Shown here: in pieces, positions 12,230 to 22,784 of the stretch | Layout of the letters: every line of letters begins with the position of its first letter | How positions within the stretch are numbered: the stretch's first letter is position 1 | Assembly (NCBI RefSeq): GCF_006345805.1 | Contig: NW_021832222.1 | Location: 62,001-126,000, forward strand | Direction of reading: 5' to 3' | Length of the DNA: 64,000 bases | Source of the DNA: Octopus sinensis | Lineage: Eukaryota | Made by a program: the position numbers and the translations under genes | Notes under the pieces: generated by a model | What the model was told of the DNA's origin: nothing | Database searches by the model: none | Seen by the model: only the letters and a program-made list of their open reading frames with translations

Positions 12230-12560
12230 ACATCATGCACGAAATATTAATCAAGGCAAGTATGATCTCCTTGAACGAGCTAGAGCTGTTTAAAGTCCAT
12301 GTCATTCCGTGTGATGACATGGGATGGCCACTAAATACCACAAGGGGTACTTAAGACAGCTGGGTGTAGTCTCTACAGGCTTATACAACTGTTATTAAAA
12401 GGACTCTGGAAAGTGTCTCGTTTGATGGTCCTTTCCTGATATTTATTAAGCGAGAGGCGTTGGAATGCACCTTCTCAGAGGTCTACAGTGCTAGAGAAGA
12501 AGAGGAAGAAGGGAAGGAGGTGCGTGGAGTGCCATCTCTGTTCATTTCAAAGGCTCTGGA
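12230..12560 (+). mobile_element. Decayed 3' endonuclease fragment of an R4/Dong-like element
   Basis: Frameshifted KYDLL.NELE...HVIP..MTWDG..TKYHKGYLRQLG...QAYIQ...KRTLESVSFD, colinear with KYDILASELE...PIVITWDAITSKY...LAYIQ...KKTLEGMF at 6740-6940. Confidence 0.65.
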
Positions 12561-12609
12561 CTTAGGCAATTATTTAGTTTTTTTATTAATAAAGGAAGAA
12601 TAGATAAAA

Positions 12610-14021
12610 TTATTTGCTTTTTACTTCATTAGTTGGCACGAAAAATAAGGCAATTACCACAGCAAGCAATATGGCTGCAAAGACAAAAAATATCAGTCCC
12701 GAATAAACTTTTAGTGATGCCGCATATAATGACAAAGAAATCGGAGAAATTAAAACTCCAATTAAATTTTCAGACAGGAATACACACGTGAAGAGACGTC
12801 CTGACAATTTCAGAGTAACTGAGAATACCTTTTTCATCTTTGTGTACAAGTGAAGAAATAATTGATTTAATGTTAGCAAGAATAAGAACGAAAGAAGAAA
12901 TAAATGCTCCTCCTGATAAATGACTCACAAAGTTTCAAACCGATATATAAAACCAATTTTGAGTTAGCAGTTCCGAATATTATATATCCTATTAAATTTA
13001 TCACCAATGCGGTGAGGGATAATTTTTTTAGTCCGATTAGATCTTTATATAGTAGAAAGCACCCAGCAAGGCAAAACACGGTTCCCCACACTGCGATATT
13101 TAAATTCAAAAAGCTATAGTGAGCATTTTCCATTATAAATGGATCGCCACTAACGTAAAAGTAATTTGTTATTGAAAAAGCTATCAAATGAAGTCATTCT
13201 TTAATATAACCTTCTATAGTAGAGAATATTGCAGCATAAAACAGCATATGCAACAGCAAAATCTTTTTATTCGAGTTTTTCCGAAAAACGTCGACAAATG
13301 ACCTATAAATTGTAAAATTTATCAAAAACGTCATTTTTGCCTTAAGAGAAAGATTTTCAGACAGAGCCGCGTCTGGTGTGAACAAAAATGAATAAAGTTC
13401 GCAAAATCCGCACAATGAAAGTACAATTACCAGGGATATAAAGTATAGGCCCCTGTCTGTTAGGAATCCCGAAGAAATAGTCCCGGAGATAAATCCAATT
13501 ATATAAAGCAGTTCAGAAAATATGGTTCTTTCCGCGACCAATTTGGGATTTGCTGTTTTTAAAATAAACGTGTAACATGTCATGGAAAACACAATGTCTC
13601 CTCCAAAGATAGATTTGAAAAAGGCTGCCAGGATTGTGAACTTTGTAGGAAGTTGGTAAACGACACAAAATATGAGACATATTATTCCAAGGGAGTTACT
13701 GAACATTGACAATATTAATGAAAGTTTGTATTTTCCTTCGTCGATTTGAGCACCAAAATAAAAGCCAATAAAAGTTGTCATAAACAGATTAAGAAACAAA
13801 TATATTGCCATTATATGACTCGATTGTGATTGAACAACTATTCTTTTGGCTAAAGTACTGTTGTTCGTCATATCATTTGAGCGTAAAAAAGAGCAATTTC
13901 CGTAAGTTTCTTTACATTTTGACTCATAAATAAATGAACGGAGTAAAATAATTTCAAAGGCCATAACAAATGTAGAAACAAATAGAATTGGTTCAGCTAT
14001 TTTGATTACAGTTAATTTCAT
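12610..14021 (-). CDS. MFS transporter, SLC46 (PCFT/heme carrier)-like
   Basis: Three hydrophobic ORF blocks joined by short introns: EPILFV...YESKC..TYGNC (extracellular Cys loop), VQSQSSH, FGAQIDEGKYK (loop 2-3), GIVFSM.CYTFI. About 12 predicted TM segments. Confidence 0.75.
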
Positions 14022-14153
14022 TATTTGTGAATTTTAAAATAAATTAGGTCTTGTCCATATGAAAACAAATTCAATTTTTAAACGATTTTTAATGAATTTT
14101 AAACTTTCCAAATTATGGGAAAAAAGATTTATTTAAAACACATAACCCTGTAA

Positions 14154-16548
14154 TTATTTATTAAGAAAATCTTTTTTTTGCTGCAGCAAAAGTGATTCAA
14201 GATGATCTGCTCTTTTAACTGCAGCCTCATATTGGACTTTCAAACTATTAACAACTTGGTCCCTTTTCTCTAACGCTTTTGTAACCCTTTAAAATTAAAT
14301 AAAAGACAAACATCTCATGAACTTGCTGAAGTTCATCTTCTTTCATTTTTAGAGCTACATCATTGGCTGCTCTTATTCTCTCTATGTCAAGTTTAGCTTT
14401 TGTTGAAATCTCCGATTTTTCATTCATTAGACGTCTGTTTTCTTCGTCTGTCCGTACAATTCGTTCAATAAACTCTTGCCGAACTATTTCCGCTAATTTA
14501 TCTTTCTCAGAATTAAATATTTCTAGTTTCTATAGATATTATTTGCTGTATTTTTATTTGCCTTTTCTCTTTCATCAATCTCATAATCTTTTTTATTAAG
14601 ATTTACACGCAGTCTTTCACATTCGCTTTCCTTCTCGTAAAATTGTGCCTACAACTATTTTATCAGAACCTCTACTTTCAATTCAGCGTATTTGTTCCTT
14701 AAATCTTTTTCTGATGTTTCCAAATCAGATTGTGCTGCTTCATATCTGTCTCGCATCCGACTAAAATGTGAACTTTGGAAAGAATAACTTGATGCGATTT
14801 TCTGCAGTTTTTTCACTTTCTTGAAGCTGACGACGAGTCTCTTCTTCCAATTTGGCTATGGCCATTTCAATTTGTTTGTCCCGTTCTATACGTGCATTAT
14901 CACGGATTTTTCGTTCACACTCAATGAGTTTGCTTTCCTGTTGCTTCATCATGTTTTGAGTCCAAAGTTCCTTTTCCAAATTGGCTTTTTCCTCAATACA
15001 TCTTATTTCAATCTAAAACATAAAAAATTCAAAGTACTTCATGACGATTTTGTTGATCACTTTGAGCCTTTTCATATTCAAGGCGCATAAGTTCAATTGT
15101 TTTGACGTGATCTGTCATGATTTCTCTTCTTTGAACGTCCAATTCTTCTTTCATGCTCTTGTACTGACTTTCAAGACGAATTTTTTCCTCTTCTACTTGC
15201 TCAGAGAGCTTCTTTTTATAGTTTTCTGTAGCTTGTAGTTCGTGTTCGTACTGTTTTTCGTAACTGAAATTATCAATAAAAACTAAACCTTCTTTTTGCT
15301 AATTCGCGTTCTCTTGTACACGCAGCCTCTTTTTCCAGTGACAACTGTTCTCTTAGATCATCGGTAAGTTTGATGTATCGTTGAGAGACTCGATCTTCGG
15401 TACCCCTTAATTCTGCTTCATGAACTTCCTTCAAGGCTTTTATTTCTTGTTTGTTTTTAGAAATTAGTTTTTTTATTTCTGGCTCTAGACCTTTTATAGT
15501 AATTTCCTTTAAAACTGAAAAATCCAACTTTAAAGGTACCTTTATTCTTTCGGTTTTTTCAGAAATCCATTTTTCTTGCTTTAATTTTTCTGAAATTTCA
15601 CGTTTTTCTGCTATTTTGGTTAATTCTAGTTTGTGACTAATTTAAGTTCAATTTTAACAAAAAAACTTTTCTGTCAGCACCGAAATCTTTCGAGAATATT
15701 TTTCTTCAAGAGTCTTTAATTGAGTCACCAACTGATCACAACGTGTCATCAACTTTTTTTTGTCGTCGATTAACTATTTTATAATTGAAATTAAAAACCT
15801 TGTCGATAAATGAAAGATGCGAGTTAATTTTTTTTTCTTCCTCCTTTTTATTAGAATCCATAGAAGTATTCATTTCCGACTTTAATTGTTGCTTTTGTTT
15901 TTCAAAAAGTGTTTTTTGGTTTTCCTAAAATTTATTTTAAATACGTGAACTAAAGTTTGTCGTAGAGTATCGATAAGAGATTCCTTCTCCTGATTTTCGT
16001 GTAGTTGCCTCGCCAAGTATTCGGAAAGTTGAGTAGCAGCGTGTGATGCATGTTGTATTCGTAAGTCATTTTCATGCATTGCATTGCTAGTTATTTCTTG
16101 ATGTAAGTTTTGGTTTCGTTTTACTAATTCCTAATTTACTGTTTGCTGTTGGTGTAGCTGACCTGGTTAAGTTGACCGAGACGTTCGTTTTTTTCAGATT
16201 CGTTCAAAAATAGGATGACCTTGTTTAATTTGTCCTCGATTTCTTGATTTGAAGATTCTCCAAACAATTTTTCACTTTTGTGTGTTTTCGATTCAAATTG
16301 TGGAAATTCTTCTTCTTTTTCTAACAATTTAAGAGAATCCATGATCTCTTCCATTTTCTCAGCAGAGTAGTAAGACGATACACTGCATTGGTCCCATCTT
16401 CCACTCTCTTGATCCTACAAACACGTTTAGTTTTGCGATTTTACCGCATCAATACTTTGCTTATAATTGTCGACGTCCTCAATTTTCAAAATTTGATTAT
16501 CAGCCTTTGAATAAATAAATCAAATCTAACCTCCGGATATTCTTCCAT
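14154..16548 (-). CDS. CEP131: Centrosomal/centriolar satellite protein CEP131 (AZI1); start approximate
   Basis: KEITIKGLEPEIKKLISKNKQEIKALKEVHEAEL...ACTRERELAKRRF, ERIARIERDKQIEMAIAKLEEE and C-terminal QYEAAVKRADHLESLLLQQKK match CEP131 coiled-coil blocks; stop TAA at 14154-14156. Confidence 0.85.
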
Positions 16549-16965
16549 TTTATAATTTTCTTGTTCATTTTTAGTGTTATTTTTAACTCTAATTAAAATT
16601 AAAAATTGAATAATTGAGAACTCGTTTTTGTATTTTCTATTTTTAATATTTTCTGTAACAAATATGGATGAATTGACACTTTTCTAAAAATAATTTTTCA
16701 AAATATTAGAAAAAAAACGTGGACAGAAGGATTTGTAGTTTTACGAATCGATTTTGATGATTTTGGAACAACGCTGTTGCTTCGTGACATTGCTATACTA
16801 TGGAAACAATAATTTTAGAAATCTGTTTAATTCAAAAACTAACAATTAAATAAGATAATAAGTCACAAATTTATTCGAATGTTAAAATATTGAAATTTTA
16901 TACCATTTAATGATAATTAAATCTAATGTTTTTTTCAGATATTCCGTAATAATCATATTATAATA

Positions 16966-17844
16966 TGTCACATGCCCTGTTCGTTACCATGCCCGCTCGT
17001 TACCATTGCTCTAAATTTTTAAAATTTCAATTTAAAATATTTAAATGATTGAAATATATTTACTTATTAATTTAAAAATTAATAATATTATGGATTTTTA
17101 TTTTTTCAATGCTTAACCATTATCATTAAAAAACAATAAATTAAGCATGCTGTTTTATCTCATGGTTATGGTTAGGGTATAGGTTAGGGTTAGGGTATAG
17201 GTTAGGGTTTGGGTGAAGGTTAGGGTTTGGGTGAAGGTTAGGGTTTGGGTGAAGGTTAGGGTTTGGGTGAAGGTTAGGGTTTGGGTGAAGGTTAGGGTTT
17301 GGGTGAAGGTTAGGGTTTGGGTGAAGGTTAGGGTTTGGGTGAAGGTTAGGGAATTGGTTGGGTTTAGGGTTTGAAAAAATTTTTCGTTTTAAACTTCAGA
17401 TCTATATATGATTTTAAACTAAAAAACTGGATAAAGTTTGAGTTTTTTATAAGAGATCTACAGATGATTTTAAACCTTTATCTTTTTACATTTCAAAAAA
17501 TGTTTTAAATAACACTAACAACTGGTTAGAGTTAATTATAAAACTATCAAATTATGTGCCTTTAAAGCGTTTCACACAATTCACATTTTTAAAATATGTT
17601 TTAATGTGCTTATCAGTCAAAATGGTTTGTTGTATAAAAATATTATTTTAATTTATTTGTTTTAAAGCATCTTTTAGTATATCATTAAATTGTACTCTAA
17701 TTAACCTAATATATAGGTTGAATTTTATGTCGTTGTGATTGATTATTAATTTTTCTAAAAAATTGAAAAATCATTAATCAATTATTTCTCAGAAATAATT
17801 CGGAGGTAACGAGTGGGGCATAGTAATCCCTGAGGCATGTGACA
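16966..17844. mobile_element. Non-autonomous TIR element (Ginger-like MITE) carrying a telomere-like array
   Basis: Termini TGT...ACA; TIR TGTCACATGCC (11/11) + 7 divergent bp + TTAC(C/T)ATGCCC..CTCGTTACC (~39 bp in total); exact 5-bp TSD TAATA (16961-16965, 17845-17849); non-coding AT-rich interior. Confidence 0.85.
17164..17372 (+). repeat. Interstitial telomere-like hexamer array with 18-bp higher-order unit
   Basis: GGTTAT GGTTAG GGTATA GGTTAG GGTTAG GGTATA, then 8 exact copies of GGTTAGGGTTTGGGTGAA (17200-17343), then a degenerate tail. Confidence 0.97.
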
Positions 17845-18724
17845 TAATAGAACTGACTACATGATGCCATTTCTGAGTAAATCGCAGACATAAAATTAAT
17901 TGTAAGTCAATAATTATGATATCTGATTAGCGTCAGATTACTCTATGTTTTTAAGAGAAAAGTTTCTTTTAATACGATACATCTGCCATTTAAAGCAAAA
18001 ATGCAGTGAATAAAACTGAACAATTATTTTCTCAACGCCTCCCACTATACCCAAAAAGTCGATCTTTAAGAATTTCATTTACTATCTCTAAACTATTTTC
18101 TGAAATATCTATTTGAAACTTTGCAGGATGTTCTTAATGATTTTAAAATAATTGTCTACTGTTGGTTTATTAACGAGGTGAGGAAATACCGGTCTTTCTT
18201 TTTTCGAAGAGACTACGCTGTTGGTAAAACCAATTTATATTGAGAAATAGATCGAAACTTAAAAAAGTTGATAGATAACTCAAAAATACATCCTCTTTAG
18301 GTATGGTAAACCTTTTTATTTATATCGGCACAAAACTACAGCATAAGAATCTTACTATGCTTAATTGCGATAAATATTCTTTCGAAATTTTGTGACAAAA
18401 GTTTAAATTATGATAGTGATCTGGCTTTTACTTAAATCAAAAATCTAAAGACAATATTTTTTAGTAAAATACGTAACTAAAAACTCTTTATTTTTAAATT
18501 TGGTTGGATTTGGTTGAAATGTTTACAAATATTTTTATTGTACTAATAATTGAAAATTGATCAACTCAAAGGTTGGGTAATCATTAATGGAGTATTTTTT
18601 AAAGATAAAAATTGCTAAAAACCAAAAAAGTGAAGGTACATAAAAGCTTTAATGGATAATTTAGAAACAGAATAATAGTTCAAAATAATAAAAATGTCAA
18701 GAAAAACATTTATTAGATATTTAA

Positions 18725-20656
18725 CTACAAATAAATATTAAAATCAAAATCAAGTATTTCCATTTCATCAAAGACAAGAGGACATTGTTTAATTGAAATA
18801 AACTTAATTGCAGTACATCCTCGAAGCGGCCCCAAATCAGAAATATTTTTTATTTCTAAAAAAATAATGATAAATCAAATACGGTTTTTATCAAGATTCA
18901 ATTCTTCGAGATAGACAGAATCCTCCAATCCACAACAATTCATAATATTGTTAGAAGAAACATCAAGAATACGAAGATATCGCAATACATTGAAATGACA
19001 AAGAGAACAAAGGCCAACATTAGAAAGACACAGCTCGTAGATTCCAGCAAAGCACAAATATGCAGTTGAATCCGCAGGAAGTCCTCTGAAAACCACGTCA
19101 GTATTATCGATCCCACCATAATTTTTGACCACGCAAAACACTCTGCAATAAATTTATCCGCTAAATATATTTTTATTCCACAAAACCTGGATGAAGATAT
19201 CGCTCATGGTTTCTATTACTTTCACGAAGTTTTGCAAATATTGTTTTGATTTCAGTGTTATTATCAACATTGGAAATTGCTTGCAAAATCCAGGCTAAAT
19301 GAAACTGCGCATCTAACACCCTAAATTCAGTTTTTAATACTACTGCAATCCGGTTCAAATAACAGAAGCTGTCTTAAAGAGTCAAGTTGTCTAGAAATTG
19401 CGTGTTTGACTCGGATTGGACAGCGAATAACTTTCCTGTAGTAACAAAAAGGGGCAGTAAACCTATTCCAAGGATGCCAGTCCTCGACACGAACAGTCCA
19501 ATTTAACGAAGAATCAACAAAAAGACATTTCCCACGGAAAAATAATTTTATTTTAGACACTTCACTTTCCAAAATTTCCATCGACAGTTTCGCAATCTAA
19601 AAATTTCTAACTCTCAGATACCCATAAATCTCCATATATAGAGTTACTAGGTAGTGCATATAACTCAGTGATATCCACAGAAACCTCAGTCCCGTCTTCA
19701 TAGAAGAAAGAGGCACTAAGAGTCTCTTTCAGTTCAGAAATCTGAATATAAATCAAAAAGTGACCTCGACTAGTTTATCAAGAAAGAACACGATTTCTTG
19801 TCTGTTCTTATCAAAAGTGAATCCCATCAGTCTGGGGACATTCAAAATGCAATCTTCGCTCATCATCAGCCACCGATAGTAAATCCAGGCAGTCTCGTCA
19901 TAAGGATCAGTGTAATATGCGTTTTCTATCAATTGGAATTCTAAAATAAACTTTTAAATAAAACCAGTCTCCAATAACTCTTCATTTGGCTGTTTTATAC
20001 GGGAAGTCAAAAGTATAGAACGGTAATGCCAAGATGAATAATTCGAAAAGTTAGAATTTATCAAATCAAGAGTGAAATCTAATTCTTGATCCAAAGGCAA
20101 TTTTAGCAAATCGACAATTCTTCTACGATAGTTCCAACAGTGGACTAAAATGGGATATAAATAGTCATACAGTTCTGACCATCAACGTCTAATAATTGCC
20201 TACACAAGCTGAGTTCTTCTTTTAAAGAGACAAATTCAGGGTATGTCTGTATAAGCCATAATCTGTGATGCCAAACGCAGTAGCATTTTGGATGGCTCAT
20301 TAGACATCTTTTTATTAAGGAAAGTTCATTTTTGACAAGCTGTGAGTCAGATCTAGGTCTTAAAAATCAGTCTTTACTCCATTTTTAAAAAAATTTTGCG
20401 ACGAATACCCCACAATGTATATATGTCTTGAAATATATTTAAAACACGTGAAGTAAGTTCGAGTAATTTGTCATTATTTTCATCCTCGTTAACCTGACAG
20501 TTAAAAGTATAAAACAAACAAGTGAAAATATATTTTCCATCACATCCTGAAATTTTTTGACTTTTACTTTTTCATGTTCACGGCGACTGGGGTCGATGGA
20601 ATCTGTGCGAGGTCTTCCGTGCTATAAAATTAATTTACACATGTGAACTACACCAT
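18725..20656 (-). CDS. RABGGTA: Rab geranylgeranyltransferase alpha subunit (PFTA repeats, Ig-like and LRR domains)
   Basis: ATG|HGRPR N-terminus; WNYRRRIV, NFSNYSSWHYRS, FYTDPYDETAWIYYRWL; LRR LRILDVSSNNI...LEELNLDKN|QIKNISDLGPLRGC; stop TAG 18725-18727 after a 27-nt intron (18856-18882). Confidence 0.92.
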
Positions 20657-20929
20657 TATTTGGTTATCCTATAAAATATTTTTTAATAATTAACAATGAA
20701 AAATAATTTAGTTAAATAAAAATATTCCACAATTTTTCAACATTCTTAAAATCCATGAATAAACATTTCAGTCATGTCTCGTAAATTAAATTATTTTTAT
20801 TAACCGTCTTAATATTGGGTTTACCAACATAAACGGTTATTCACTCTCAATCTCATGTCATACAAACTGCCAATCACAATCGACCAAACGCGCAAGGGTC
20901 CTGCCTCAGTCCACTTTTCTACAATTTGG

Positions 20930-21600
20930 TAATGAGCAGTTTCCCTTTGCCCCCCCTCCGACATCCGAACAACTTTGCTTTCATATGAAGTTCTCGTCCT
21001 AGACACCTCAAAAAACGCAGACTTCAGAAAGAAGGCTTGCCAAATACATTGAGGTGATAAAGGAGTGGTGTGCCAGTAAGCGGCTCTCGTTAGCAATGGA
21101 CAAATCCACTTACCTGCGAATCAGCACAAAAAAGTCACCAGATCAGAGTCCCGGCCTCCTAGCTGAAATTATACACTACCTGGAGCTTACAATTGACGCT
21201 AATCCGGGTTACTGTCTGCATGCCAAGAAAAAAAGAGCAAAAGCCATCGCAGCTCTCCGCCTCTTAAGAAGCATGCATATGGACCCAAAGACTTTCCTTT
21301 TCGTGTTCCACGCAACCATCCTACCCAGCTTGCTGTACTCGATAAAAGCGTGGTTCTACTCGAAAGATTTTGGGAAAATTAACAGGAAATGCGAAAAAAA
21401 TTCGGCCCTATGCACTAAAGCTAGCTTACAGACTTGACCTACGAGGCCCGGTCCGAAGCAAGTTCCCGGAGAAATTGAGAAATCTATCCGGGCTTTCCCG
21501 AGACGATCTCAAGTGACCGACCTATTTATCAATCGGGACCGGTAACCGCCTAGCTTGTCTCCGGACAGCGAATAGACGTTTCCTCAGAAGAGTTCGACTG
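20930..21600 (+). mobile_element. Decayed CR1/L2-like non-LTR RT thumb fragment
   Basis: IKEWCASKRLSLAMDKS...YLELTID...ALRLLRSM...FHATILPSLLYSIKAW, typical of the RT C-terminus of APE-type LINEs. Confidence 0.65.
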
Positions 21601-22039
21601 TAGCCGTCTCGTTGTATCAGACGTCAAAATTTCTGTCACTGTCTCTGTTTTTGCAATACAATGGATTACTTACTCAAAAATGCTTATGAAAGAAGATTAG
21701 ATATCATCCGGTTTCTGTGGTCAATTTTAATAATAGTGTGAATACAATCAATTTAGAAAAAACTTGAGTTGATCACCTTTCTGTCGAGATGAGGAGATGC
21801 CTACTTCAAATTATTTTTTATTATGTGTTCAATAAATAAAAATAATCCATTTGATTGCTTTTGTTTTAAATTTCACAAAAATGGGAGAGCAGCTATAAAC
21901 CGTATATGTTTTGCTTTGTAAAAATTGTAAATTTTAAACAGCCAAAGTCATCAGTTTGCGGTGTGGTTTTTGTGGTCACTTTTGAAAATAATGTGGATAC
22001 AATCAATTTAGAAAAAAAACTTGGCTTAATTGCACAATA

Positions 22040-22410
22040 AAAATAAAACTTGTCGGGTTGGATTGCAGAGATGGAAAAAGCCCATGTGGCATGACTACAT
22101 TTCTATTCAATCACGGAAAATGTTTCATCATGGGACGCGATATGCTCTACACATTCTCAGCACATAATCTAATCTCGACAGTTTTGAGCCCGGCTCGGGG
22201 GCAATACACGCGGAACTTGCACAAAAATACCCGTCCCTGACCAAAAACCACACATTTGCACTAATAGCCGTTAAGACATTTGGGGTCATCGGTCCGGAAT
22301 CGTTTTCTCTTCTTCGTCGGCTGGCAACGAAGATTGCAAGAGAAAATTAAAATTCCAACGAGACTCGTCATTTTTTCAACGAGTTTCAGCCCATCTTATG
22401 CGCCGGCAGC
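22040..22410 (+). mobile_element. CRE-clade endonuclease 3' remnant
   Basis: LDCRDGKSPCGMTTF...KYPSLTKNHTFALIAVKTFGVIGPESFSLLRRLATKI...FFQRVS, colinear with LDRGDGKRPDG...KYQSL...PIVVETSGVFG at 42.8-43.1 kb. Confidence 0.75.
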
Positions 22411-22784
22411 CTAAAATAATTGTTCTGTCTTTCCTTTCAAAATTTAGTTCACTTTTAATAGTTTTCCAAGTCATTAATTTTAATGAGATGATTTCAATAA
22501 GAAAAAAGATTTCCGAAAATTGGACAAAATGCTTATGTTTAAGTGCTGCGGAAATCAATTTATCTTCAAATCCTGACGTGTCCAATGGCAATAAATTTGA
22601 TTTTTAAACAATAAATCATAAATATTGATATGATTAAGTGGGTCAAAATATTTAAAAATCGTATATTATGACAATTATGTATAGAACGGTCAGATTATTA
22701 ACATTTATTTTTTCATTAAAATTAATAAAAATTGAAGAATAAACGATTTATTAACACAAAAAATAAAATTGGCCGTAAAGAAAA

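Noticed and set aside
12297-12322. 9-bp stem hairpin CCATGTCAT-N8-ATGACATGG
   Set aside because: It lies inside decayed retrotransposon coding sequence with no ncRNA or terminator context; likely chance.
17200-17343. CRISPR-like array or true chromosome end
   Set aside because: Units are contiguous with no spacers and the context is eukaryotic. The array is internal, flanked on both sides by unique sequence and enclosed by TIRs and a TSD.
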